DNA of 64,000 nt from the NCBI GenBank assembly GCA_900617105.1, contig UYFQ01000469.1:1-64000 (forward strand), written 5' to 3'. The notes beneath the pieces were generated by a model. It worked only from the letters and a program-made list of their open reading frames with translations. It did no database searches and was not told where the DNA came from. Source of the DNA: Hydrurus foetidus. Taxonomy: Eukaryota. A program made the translations under genes and the position numbers. Positions 51,701-64,000 of the stretch are shown here, piece after piece (position 1 is the stretch's first letter; every line of letters begins with the position of its first letter).

Positions 51701-54700
51701 TCATAGATTCGGAACCAGTGCTCTTACGGCGTCCTAAGAAAGGGGCAGAAAAAGAGGTAGAATAGAGATAATATGGCGGACAGTGAAGGTCAAATAATAC
51801 ATTATGTAAGTTCAATTGTCAGAGTCTTACCAAAAAGCCCAAAGCAAAAAACCAAAAATCAAAACAGAATAAGATGTCCGAAATACACAAAGGAAAAAGG
51901 TTTGATCGCTCCTCCAATCATCATTTTATTTCAACCTTGAATTCATTTACATTCCCGGACATTTTATTCTGTTTGGTAATATCTATTTTTTTGCCAATGC
52001 TGTTTCTCACCTGTGCCTGTGCCGGACCCTCTTCTTGAACTCAATCTGGAATTTGTGCTGCAATCCGTATAATTTCCACCCACTGGAAGAGAACCGTGTG
52101 AAAAACAGTCCAAAGAAGTATCTGAAATAGCATCTAAACTTCTGGAATTAGCACCTAACAAATCCGATTTACCAGCAGATCTCAGAGAAGCGTTAGTAAA
52201 TGAGTTTGTTAGATTATCCCTCGGACTTCTTGGAATCGGTTCTAGGTCCACTAAAATATCATCATCAGAATTATTATTTAGTACGACAATCTCAGCATTT
52301 GGTATGTTCATTATTTTCTCTTCAACAACATGACTTTTTCTCTTCTTTTCACCCGAGTGAATTTCATTTTTATTGGAATCAAGAGATGAGAAGTGAATAT
52401 GAGGGGGACTTATTGATGATTCATGTACTAAATTCTTATATGAGTTCATATCATTTTCATTAGTGCTTGTATTTGAGTAGATTGCGTTCCTTTCAGTGCT
52501 TTTTATTTCGGATTCTGCAAGTTCGTGATTTGTTGCACAATTTCCCGAAAACATTGGATCATCCTTATTTTGAATTTCTCTGATTTTGTTGCCTTTGCAG
52601 ATTTCGATCATATTCGTTATAGCTTGATTGACAATGTTTTTAACGGTTTCCGTGCTTAGAAATGTACGGATTTCAGATTCACGTAAATTTACCGACTGTA
52701 GTTTAGCAGTTTTTATCTGTACATCTTCATCGAAGTTCTTTTCTTCCACTTCATCTTTGTAAACATTTTTCTCCTCGACTTTGTTTAATTTTTTGATCTC
52801 ATCTCTTTCACAATTTCTTCCTTCTCGTTCTCCTTCTTTTTCTCCTTTTTGTTCTTTCTCTTCGTAACCCTTTCCCTTTCCCATTTTTTCTTGCACTTCA
52901 TCAAATTCATTCGCGTAGACATCCTCCTCTCTTCCGTCATCTTCATTTTCAACTTCACCACTACCATTACCCTCTTCTTTCCTCTCACCCAAAACCACTG
53001 GCGCATGATTGCTCACGTAAATAGCATCTAGCATTACAAATGATTCTCTACCTATCTTAGAAGGAGGATGACGATCACTCGGTATCACCACCTCCTCTCT
53101 CTCTACCTCTTTCTCTATCTCCTTCTCTGCTGCTTTCTCTCCACTGCATGTAGAAACATCATTTTTTCCTTCATTATTACCACCCTTCTCATCTTCTTGT
53201 TCTTTTATATCTTCCCCCTCTATTCCATCATTCTCTTTTTCTACCTCCCCTTCCACTACATTTTTTCCTTTTTCGTCCTCCTCTTCTTCCTCAACTCCTC
53301 CTTCCCCTTTCTCTTCCCCAATAGAGGAAGTAACGCAGCTGTCATCATATGATCCCGTTGTAGTGCTCATCTTATCTTCTTCCTCCCCGTCCATTCCCTC
53401 TTGGATAGGCACCGTTGTCACCCGCATTTCCTCATACGATAGACGAGGCTAAATACGATTAAATTTGAATTTGAATTAAAATTATTATTATTATGTAAGG
53501 AATTCGTTTAATTGTCCCACAGTATCTTTAGATCGGATGTATATTTACGATGGTGGTGAATAATTGAATTCTGGTTGGTATCTTGATTAATACTTTAAGT
53601 GATGTAAGCAATAGATGATCCTAATTCGAAGTTATGCGGTGTTCAGTCTACATCGATATCAATGCCAATGCCAATATTTATTTGCATGTATCACACGTAC
53701 GTATTATAGTATCATATTTAGTACATATATTGTAAGTCGTATACATTATCATATGTACGTCTAGTGTATATATATTATATTGTACATATATTTTTCATAT
53801 TTTGATTTTATGTTGAGCATACCTTGATAGATGATCGTCTTGGCTTGAAGGCATCTTCGTAACCGAGCCCTTCGACTAAGGGGCACTCCGCTACATTGTT
53901 CCCTTCTAAATTCGCTTCTCCGTATTTCTCAGAATAGCTCACTCGTCTATGACGCACAGATGAATCGAGAGGAATGCCGATAAACACTTCATTTTCATTT
54001 TTATTCTCATTCTCACTCTTCTCGTTTTTCTCTTCGCCCTTATTTACACAGTTCTGTTTCATCAATTCAACACTTTCTTCTTCTTTTTTCTTTTCTAGAT
54101 TATGTCCGTCTTCACTATATTCCAAAACCGTTTCCTCTTTGTTTAAATCCAAATTCCTCTCATTAATTATTTCGAATTCATCCTTCCTATTCTTATCTTC
54201 AAATATTTCTTTATGTAAGACATTTTTTTCATTCGCGGGAATATTCGCATTTTCGAGAATTTCAAAATCGTCAATATTGTCTTGGACATTTATTATGTCC
54301 GTCGATTTAGTATCATTGTCCAACGAATTACTCTTTGTGTCGCTCCTTTCAGTGCTGCGTTCTTGCATGATACCATTCTGATTATTATCCACAACAACAT
54401 ATCCATCAACTTCAACCTCAACTTCAACTTCAGTGCTTTCTGTTTTATCAGATTCTGAATTATTTGCAGCAACATTCAGAACAGCGGAAAGAGCGTTTGT
54501 TGGTATCATCAGTGAAGGCGATTTATTCACCGTTTTTGATGCAATACCGGAAATAAGAGGACAGATAAAATGGCCTGCGATTTCTCTTCTAATATGATCC
54601 ATTTCACTTTCTGACAATTTTGTGGCACCCGTTGTACCCACTGTCTGTGTAGTGACTGTAAAATCCGACAACTCGTTTTCACCGAAAAAATAAGGTTTCA

Positions 54701-56003
54701 GTGCTTCAGGTGCCTCATCATTTCCGACATATTTAATTTTTTCTTTTTTAGTTGTTTTTGCACTAATACTTTCCGTTTCAATATTTCCAATTTTTTTCCT
54801 CAATTGTGATTTTTCACTTCTTCCGACTCCTTCAAGATTTTCGTATTTCTCGAAATTTTCCGCTGTTTCGGATTTCGATGTTTTTAATATAGGACTTGAT
54901 TTGGATTTTTTTTGTAGTGGTGGATTCCTCATTTCGCTTCGACTGATTGGTTTCACAGCAATGTTCTTTGATAAATCCTTCAAAATTCTCATTTTGGATC
55001 CTTTCAGAATGACGGGTAATATTGGGACATCTTCATTGTCCACTGTAGGCAGAGGTATTATGTTGTTGTGTGCGGAAAGTGCTCTGCTTGTTATACTGCA
55101 TAGAATGGGTCCAGAATCCGGGATAGGATTATCATCTGAATAGTGTTTAACATTGAGATTTTAGTACCATCAAATGGAATATAATATCATCACCTATGAA
55201 GCGTTCTATTCAAATTGTAATTGCAATCATTATGTGGAATGTGGAATGTACATCGTTTTATATTGCGAGATGCTCTAATAGGGGAAATTACGTGTGGGGG
55301 AATCGTATTGTGATCTTATTCAGAGGATTTTTCTGAATTGCAATACATGATCACCGTCATACATTTTTCTTTTCGTGATTTTTCTTATTTTCTTACTTAT
55401 CGATTTCTTCGCTCCTGCAGGTGCTGTCTGGGACCCTGGACCTAGATTCCGTAAATTGCTCACCGACTGAGAAGATTCGGGAAGAGATCGGATACTGGGT
55501 GGAATGGTGGAATGGAAGTACTTAGAATTGAATTGAGGCTAGAGTTTTTAATTTTGTTGAGATGTTGCTACTACGGTAATAATTGTGTTTTGAATTTGTG
55601 GAATATTAGAGTGCAGAAGATTTTGAAAATTGAAAAGGAATACTTCTCTGCGAATAAGTGGTGATCAATGTGGCAGAATGCATACAAGTCTTTCCCGCCC
55701 CCTTTTGAAATGTATTCACACATATTTATGTTACAAATGAATCACACTACCGAGGGCAAAAGTGTGAAGACACGGTAAATTGTGGATTTTTCCGTATTTT
55801 GCATTCAAAATTAATGCCCGCAATTCTCTTCGATTACTAGCAAAAAAGAAAAATATGTAAAATCCCCTCACCGTCTAGGAAGATTATTGTAATTTGATTT
55901 TCCATCCGATTTAATAGCTCTTTGCTGCTGATTCTTTTTCTTTGAAGAGGATTCATCTCTAGATTGTAAAGATTCTAATTGGCCACCTCTGAAAAAAGAA
56001 GAA

Positions 56004-56044
<41 letters not shown>

Positions 56045-57954
56045 CAGAAAGACAGAACGAAATGAATGAGAATCGCGTTTCATTTTATCATAACAAGACT
56101 AGTTGTTATATTATAATGTTCTATACTGACATTAGAAATTCAAATACGAGACGCTACAGTCAGGAACTTTTGTATATTCATTTTGATTTATGATAATATT
56201 GTAATTTAACAACTTATAGAGGTGTTATCGTATAGGAAATGTCAATATTTAAACAGATAATAACCTAATTCTTGATACTTTGAGTTCAGCCAGAAGAAAA
56301 TCAGCAGTGCAGTGCTACATCTGGGAAAAAGCTCAAATATTCAATGTCAACGATATTTCGTCTCTTTTATTCTTTTCATTCGAATGAACTCCTCTATTCT
56401 CTTTAGTTCGAGGAGATAGTAACTCCGCATTGATAAACACGGCATCAATCAAAACAAAAACTAAGTACTGAATATTACCGAGGAAGGAATAAGAACTGTC
56501 TCAAAATATGGTGCGTATAGATATTCATCAGTGTAACATGTCATCACATCAAATTAAATTAAATCTATCCGGTACTCCCCTCTACTTGATTTTGAAATCG
56601 TCAAGTCTCATCATTTGATTTAATAAAATTGTTAAGTACTTATTCGAAGCTAACTTCAAAAGCAACCAAAATTAACCAAATAACTATATAGTTGGAAAAT
56701 CAAATAGCTACGTTCAAGAGTCAAATATACTAAACAAATAAGACAACATTCTCATCTTTGTTCCGATAAATGTGAGTGAAACGTGCGTACTTACACACAC
56801 ATGTCCGTACGTACGTACCTGCTCTTAAGTCCGTTCAATTGCGATTTAAGCGCTGCAGGCCAATTGTACGACATAGATTTCTTTGCAGCTATAGCAGTCT
56901 CCTACAAAATGATTGAGCAATATTTACTATATTATACTGAATTTACTTTTATTAATAATCGCTGGACAGATAATCCTTCATGTAACAGAAAGTCTACTTG
57001 TGCATATGAATATCGTTCGAAATATCACAAGTACAATATACACGAAAAGCCTTTGTTTTTGATACGATCAAAATTATAAATCACATACAGGACATTTTGG
57101 TTGTCAAAATTTTAGTTTATTCAAGATGATTTTATTCCTTACCGAGGGTTCCTCATTTAGAAAGACTTTCGCACTATATTTAGGTTTGTAATTCACGACT
57201 TCCTCCACAAATCTTTTCTTAGATTGCTCAAAATCAAATGGCACTTCATTTTCAGGAATATTTTTGTAAATGATTCCTTGTTCCTTGAAATCTCTGATTG
57301 CCTCAGGAACAGAGAATGTAGTTTCAGGATATTTATCTCCAGGCTTTGTTAGATATGGAGAATGGATAATTTTCTCAACGATATATTCCAGGTCAGAATG
57401 ATAGAGCTTATTCCTCTTGGTGTCCTTTGGAGTTTTCACGTTTTTGCGGACGTTTCTTTCTACATCTAGTGGTGTCATTAATGATGGTTTCGAATTCATG
57501 CTTCCATTAAAAGGCAACTTCGATAAAGCAGGAGTTGACAATTCAATCCTTCTCAACCTTACTCCCTTAAGCTTTTCGTTAATGTCCTCTAGACTCTGTT
57601 TCTTCGATGACGATGTAGTTGCTCTCTGTCTCTCAGGAGACACTGAAGTTGAGGGAGAGAATCTACGCGTGAGATTTTCTGTGACCAGCAAACAAAAAAT
57701 GTAGTGATATTACGAAAGAGTCAATATTGTAATGCAGTTAAAGATGAATGAGATCATTGTCAATCGCAGAATGCATACCTGATGATGGCTGTATTGACGT
57801 TTTCGTCGAATTACGACCACCTTCATGAATAAGAATAGTTCGACACGCAAATTTAATCTAAAATGATTTCTTACTTACTCATTGAGCAGCTTACTGTTTT
57901 ACCTTGAACAGGACTTCTTCTCTTGCGAGAAGGTGATCGATTGGGCGACTGCAT
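48754..57954 (-). CDS. Large multi-exon E/K/S-rich low-complexity protein of unknown function (possibly more than one gene)
   Basis: ATG at 57954. Frame-consistent exons at 57678-57143, 56901-56819 and 55988-55872, plus long ORFs 53808-55043, 51964-53427 and 48754-49671 on the same strand. Not all junctions were resolved. Confidence 0.55.
55995..56056 (+). repeat. (GAA)/(GAAA)n microsatellite forming an intron polypyrimidine tract on the minus strand
   Basis: Direct reading. Confidence 0.9.
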
Positions 57955-58352
57955 GTCGAACGATATTTTTACCACTTCAGGTTTTTGATAGGAGTGAGGA
58001 TTCCGCCTACACTACTAGATCAATCATATCCTTCTCGCAGTTTGGATAGCTGGTGGCGTCACTCTAGACAGCTCTCACGAACAGTCCGCTGCAAGCAACA
58101 TAGGATACCAGTCCGAGATGCCACGTAGCCTAGCGCGCTTTCATCTATCGCGCTGAAGAATGAAGAATGACTCTCTTGTAGCGGAGAAGACGAAACGGGT
58201 TGATCGTCTGCATCCGGTTTTAAACTTTTTATAAAAACTTTAAACTGAAACGGAAAACCGTATGTTGTATGAAAGTGGATTCCGTTCCTTCAAAGTACAA
58301 AATACAAAATACCGGATAAAACCTACAATCTGTGACGGATTCACAACACAAC

Positions 58353-61300
58353 TTGGCATTTCGCGATTGTGCTAGCAATTTCTTAGCAAATTTTAGGCCT
58401 GAAGGGTTTTATGATTTTGCTAGCAAAATTAACTAGCAAAATCAACAATTATTTTGGTGTAAAAGCAATTTTTGAATATTTACCGGCAATATTGAGTACT
58501 AAGTAGCAAATTTTAATTTTATTAGCAGCAAATTTTACTATGCTATGGCAAATTTTCTACATTACAGTGGCAAATAAGATATTTCTAGAACATCTTCCTG
58601 TAATTTAGTGTCGCAACTCTTTAATTTAGTGGCATATTCAACATTCTAGTCACCTAGTGAATTTCAATTATTTTCAAAATGTTTCCTTTGTTCTCTGGAC
58701 GACGTCGACATGTCGACTGTCGATATCCTTTGTGAAGTCAATTTGACAGTTACAATTTGCTAAGAGCGATATTATTCTTTGAAAAGTCATCATGGACCAC
58801 TTATCAACCGCGTATTACGATAGCGACGACGAAGCTGATCAGTTGATGAGGAGTCAACCCACCGCAGTATCTTCTTACGTTGATTATGAAGACTGCGAAG
58901 TCATCATAACTGATGCATTCAGTCCTGTAACTGAATCTTTACCTGATACTACATCAAAACTGACTTCGTCGTCTTCATTATCTTCGACAAGGCATACCCA
59001 GGTATACTACAAAATCTATTGCTTATTACGATTTGACCCTATTTAAAAGTCTGGATTGCAAAACTTAAACTACAGAACACAGAATCCCGTAATCCCTTCT
59101 TCGTCCCAAGGAAACAAACTGAGCAATCGAAAGGACAAACAAATCAGTCAATGATTCGGATATCTCGTGGAAAAAAAAGAGTATTCAAGCAGATAGATAT
59201 TCCAGATTCTGGTGACGAGGAATCGGAAGAAGAGTATGTACCAAGAGGGAACTATAAAAACGATAGTGCAGACGAGTCTTCGGCCAAGGACAGCGCGCCA
59301 GAGGAAGAAAGCGATGACAACTTCGAGAAGTCCAAAGCCCACATTCCTGAGAAAAGCAAGTTGAGCAGGAAACGGAAGGTTAAAACTTCAGCGGGCAAAT
59401 ACAGGAGGAAAGAAACGAGAGTCGCAACTAACACGAGGGCGAAAGGACCCTTCGAACGCTTGCTCGAATTTCGCGACAACGGATTGTCCGTGGTCAACGG
59501 CAAGCTCAGCTGTAGAGCATGCTCCATACTGGATCTGCCTCTAAAGAAGTCTAGTATCCAAAGCCATCTGAGTGGAGAGTTGCACAAGAAGAATATGTTC
59601 AGGAGCAGCAAGTCGCAAGTAACTATGCTGAGTTACAGAAAGATGGTAGAGAATAATGAAGCAGACGTCAAAGCGGCAGGTGCAACGCTGGCTCTAGATA
59701 TCAATACATATAGGATGTCTGTAGCACACGCGTTACTAAAATCAGGGACACCGTTTACCGTCCTCGACAGTGGATCTGAAATCCGGCAGCTCTTTGAAGA
59801 CAACCATTCCACGTGTCCGAAGCAAGCCTGCAGCGATCTAATCCCACTCCTGCTGAAGAAGGAAGAAATGGAAACTTTAAGAGAATTGGATACAGCTGCT
59901 GCGTTCTCGATTAGTACGGATGGAACAATTAATGTGGCAGAGGCTCTAGCGATGATTGTTCGATTCGTGTGTCCGAAGAAAACAATACAGCAACGGGTTC
60001 TCGCTTTGAATTTTCTGGCTCATCCACTTACCGGTAATTCCTTAGCGGCGCAAATAATCATGCAGGTCATGACTGTCAGCCGACAGAATCCGTTAAAGCT
60101 CCGCTTCAATACAGCGGACGGTTGCGCAACCAACGGAGTCGCAAATGAAGTGATGAAGGCAGTATTCACGGATTGCTGCGATCTAATTTGCGTTTCCCAC
60201 ACTTCGAACCTCCCGATGAAACTCTTCGAGACTGCGGCGCCTACTGCACATAAGTTTCTTGGGACCTGGAGTCAGTGCTTGACCCAAGGGTCCAAGGTCC
60301 GGGCGGCCACTCGTCAAGCGTTGGGGGAAGGTGCCATGAAAAATCACGCTATCAGGTGGATGGCGGAGTACAGGACTGCAGTTCAAGTAGGTGACAAGTA
60401 CGATCTGATAAAGGATATTATTGAGAATCAAAACGTTGGTTGCGAGAATTTGATCGCTTCTTTGCAAGCTATTATCAATCAGCCTGCAAATGGCAACATT
60501 CCTTCTGGTGAGCATACCTTGCGAATGGAACTTGCCCTAATAAAAGATGCCGGGGAGCCTATAGCTTCTTTCTGCAACCATTTCGAGGGTGACGGGTTCT
60601 TAGCCCCCTATGCGTACGATCGTTGGAATGATATGAACGATCACCTCATGGTCGTGGTGGAACGGTACATTGAGGAAGACTATCCCTCGACTTGTCGTAA
60701 TGTTGTTCGAGAGATTGCTACCGACGACTTCGACACCCAGCAGATACTGATGCAGCTGACAGTAAACAAGGCTGTCGTGGTTGCTGAAAAGCTGGAGTCA
60801 GACAGTTTGACTCGTTTCAGGGATACGCTGAAGGTTCTTCGAGGATGCCGTCTACTAGGATTTCAGTTTGTGAAGGACACGACGTTAGAGGCACTGGAGG
60901 AGGAAGTCCATTTTGTTCAGTTACTCCCTATTGCGGTACCGATCATCGATGGGCTGCTGGCAGAGCTGAAGACTTACAAGAGAATTACAGATAACAACAC
61001 AAACGACGAGGATGATGGATGGGCCTTCTGGAGGAGGCACTACAATTCTCTACCCTTATGGTACAAAGTAGCGGCTGAAGTTGCTCTAGTTATGTGCTCT
61101 AGCGCCTCCGTCGAAAGAGTATTTTCATTACTGAATTGCATGTTTGATGAGCACCAACAACAAGCACTTAATGACTACAAGGAAACCTCAATTAAGATTA
61201 GGTACAACGAGAATTGTCGCGATAGAAAACAGTACGAGTAACATCTTACGAAGATTTGATGGCAAAATCGACTTTTTACTACTTGCAAGTAGCAATTCAG

Positions 61301-61451
61301 CAGCAAATTTAATATTTTAGGAGCAAAATTATTCAGTTAGTAGCAAATTAAAAAAAGACATGTCGCAAAATAGTTGAATAATAGTCCTAAAAAGTAGCAA
61401 CAGTTTGCTAGCAAATTTTAAAAAGTCACTAGCAAAATCGCGAAATGCCAA
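58353..61451 (+). mobile_element. Apparently autonomous hAT DNA transposon (3099 bp)
   Basis: 23-bp TIR TTGGCATTTCGCGATT(G/T)TGCTAG. 8-bp TSD AACACAAC at 58345-58352 and 61452-61459. Subterminal TAGCAAA repeats and an intact transposase. Confidence 0.95.
58792..61241 (+). CDS. hAT transposase (about 791 aa if exon 58792-59001 is spliced to 59076-61241)
   Basis: C2H2 finger CRAC..HLSGELH; DDE residues in STDGT, TADGCATN and SASVERVFS; CxxH (CVSH); RW motif. In-frame GT-AG intron at 59002-59075. Confidence 0.92.
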
Positions 61452-61628
61452 AACACAACACGCACGTGCGGCCTTCTGTGACGTTGCAACAAATGAAGTG
61501 ACAAGGCACGCATGAAAGCTGCGGTAGAACTGCTGCTGCTACCTTTGCATCCCTGCGCAAGTTCTATATAAACAGTGAATTGTAAAGCCATTGTTTCAAG
61601 CGTCTCGTATTATTCAAAAGCAACAAAG

Positions 61629-62328
61629 ATGGTGTCTCAGGTGAAATCCTTTGCTCTCTTCCTCTTCTGCGTATGCAGCGTCAGCAATGCATTCACTCTC
61701 AGTATGAGATCGTCACAGCCCACGATACAAAAATCTAGTTTGCAGAAGATTTCTGTTGCCGTTTGTGCATCATGCATATTCTTATCTTCTATAAGCGGTT
61801 TTGCTGGACCTTCTGTGGCTGCAGTTGGTGAAGGAGATCTACCACAGGGAGCTATGTCGTTCCAAAAGCTACTAAAATATCAGGTTTCACTGTGACTGCT
61901 TCTCGTTGCTCACGGGCGTTTATCAACAGTGGTGATGCAAACTGAAGGGACCAGTTCACTGATGATCCTTTTCCGTTTCTCGTTTTATCCAATCATTCAT
62001 TTTATAGGGAGAATGGGACAAGCTGGCTGGTTCAGTAAAAAATAGAGAAAAGGAAATAGACGAGAAGGAAGTTCTAAGCATAAAAGTATTCCTCAAGCAA
62101 CTAGGAAATGAATTCTACGACATGGATTTACTCGCTAGAAGTATAAATGATCCTGTGAAGCAGAAAGAGGCCAAGGAAATTGCAAAGCAATTTAGACTTG
62201 AGATTCGTGAATGTGATGATGCTGCTGGAAATGGAAATATCGCAAAAATTATCGAACTCTACCCCAAAACAGCATTAGAACTAAAAGACTTTTTCGGATT
62301 GATGCAAGATATTCCCGATGAAATTTAA
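61629..62328 (+). CDS. Predicted thylakoid-lumen helical-bundle protein (PsbQ-like, tentative); exons 61629-61883 and 62008-62328
   Basis: Signal peptide ending SNA-F, transit peptide and a lumen signal ending SVA-A. The mature part is amphipathic helices. The GT-AG intron keeps the frame. Confidence 0.7.
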
Positions 62329-62949
62329 AATTCTCTTGACACTAGTTATAGTGGAAATAGTGTGACTCCTCTTACACCGTGCTGTAAAATTCAATCAATC
62401 ACTAGATTGCTTCGGGCGCAAAAATCTCAGAAAGAGTTGTTATACATGAGAAGAGTTTCGGCATTCCAGTGCTCTGTGAATCCTGATGATAGCTTCTGAA
62501 CGATGTTGTCGTGGAATGTGCTACTAAATTCATAAGAAAGCTTACTTGATCTCGTTTCTTTAATATGTTGCTCTTAATTAAATTATCGTGAACTTAAAAA
62601 TCTGTCCTAGCAATTGTTTGGCAATGTGTACAAATCAGTGGAATGGAAATTAAGGTTGTGTGGGGTCGCATGAACAAGGTGATAAGGAGTGCATAAAACG
62701 AAAAAAATACGGCAAACACTTGAAAAAGTTGCCAGGAAAGAAAGTCGGAGATTGTTAGTATTAAGACAGTTGAATTACGTAGAGGAAAAAATAATGTAAG
62801 AATTCTCACCAATGAGAACGTTTTCGAAGTAGGCATTGTCGGGAGTATACAGTACGAAAACTAGTCTATCCTTCACAGTACGATCCTCAGTCAAATGTAT
62901 GGAATCAGTAGTGCAGGGTCTGGTCTGGATTCCTATGTCGCAATACTCT

Positions 62950-63839
62950 CTACTCTTCTCCACTTGCTTTTTTGTGATTTTGGGGCCTCTGGGGATCGGG
63001 GCCGGACGGGACGATTTCACCGTTTTCTTCGAGGACCTAAATGGGTAAGAAAATAGCAGTGTGTATATCAGATTGAGTAAATGCGGAAAATAAATGAATG
63101 AAAAGAATCTTTGAGAGATGAGTACTCGTCAGTGGCAATGCCAAGTTATCGGCAGAAATTAAAATGAATCAATGGGTAATAGTGATGATAACGATAATGA
63201 CATGTAGTGAGGAGAATTAAAGTTGAAAATGGAGTCATGATTGTTAGCACGTATGTACGTTACGGTACCTTGCTGAAGTACGCTATCGCGAGGGTCAGCC
63301 CGTCACGTACAGGGACCTGTCAGTACGTACGAATAAGTTAAGGAGTTAGAAAGGTGCATCAAGGATTGCCGAAAAGATTTGAGGAGAAAGAGCAGAAGAA
63401 GTAGGAGGGATCATTCTAAAAGGGGGGTGAAGAGCCGGTTTCGTCAAGCGTGTCAGTGGGTGTGTTTTAGAAAAAAGTGGTGCGATGACAGCAGAGTAAA
63501 GGGAGAAAAAAAGAGAGAAAGTGTGAGGGGATGTAAGGAGGGGGAGGTAGAGAGATGGGTGTGAAATTACTTCGCGCAAGAAAAGGAGAAATCTGTTCTG
63601 AGCGGACAAATATGTCACAGTATACGAAAATTGGATAGATGAAGAACCAACTAAAATAGTGTCAATCTATCTATCTATCTATCCATTTTTATATCTGTCC
63701 ATCTATCTATCTTCTTAACTAACTGACTACCTAATCATCTATTTATTTATATGTACCTTAGGTTCCCATCCCAGGTGAATCTTGGCGGTGGTGATGTCGG
63801 GCTTTCTCTGTCTCGGATCGTCCTTAGTAGCGGGCAGAA
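62950..63839 (-). CDS. UXS1: UDP-glucuronate decarboxylase (UDP-xylose synthase), last three exons 63839-63757, 63316-63269, 63036-62950; 5' part outside the window
   Basis: Manual translation: [56 protein letters not shown]..., the characteristic UXS C-terminus. Confidence 0.85.
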
Positions 63840-63886
63840 CTGAAGAGTGAAGTGGAGAAAGCGCGAGATACCTTGTGAGCGCATTA

Positions 63887-64000
63887 TGGGAAGGGGGAGA
63901 TAGAGATAGAGAGTGGGAGAGATAGAAAGGGAGTCGAGGGAGAGATAGAGATAGAGAGAGTGGGGGAGGCAGAGGGAGAGGGAGTGGGAGAGTCGAGGAG
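63887..64000 (+). repeat. GA-rich low-complexity tract (intronic)
   Basis: Direct reading. Confidence 0.85.

Overview
Eukaryotic nuclear DNA with spliceosomal introns. It is most likely from a flagellated, photosynthetic ochrophyte (chrysophyte-like stramenopile), inferred from an axonemal dynein plus three proteins with signal-peptide + plastid-transit presequences. From left to right: the 3' half of a tyrosine-recombinase retrotransposon with split direct repeats (frameshifted YR); an MFS transporter; a ~3.9-kb inverted duplication carrying two head-to-head EGF-like + 7TM receptor-like genes with near-identical inner arms; a 5-exon DNAH2/DHC10-like dynein heavy chain; hAT- and mariner-type MITEs; a Ctr copper transporter; cereblon; a dense MITE/foldback cluster; a large HMG-box protein; two plastid-targeted unknown proteins; a large low-complexity gene; an apparently intact 3.1-kb hAT transposon with a CGGBP1-like zinc finger; a lumen-targeted PsbQ-like gene; and the 3' exons of UDP-glucuronate decarboxylase. 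The best candidate for an undescribed system is the palindromic EGF-7TM pair, which may be a gene-converting or invertible-promoter receptor locus. All exon boundaries and family assignments were made by eye, with no database searches.
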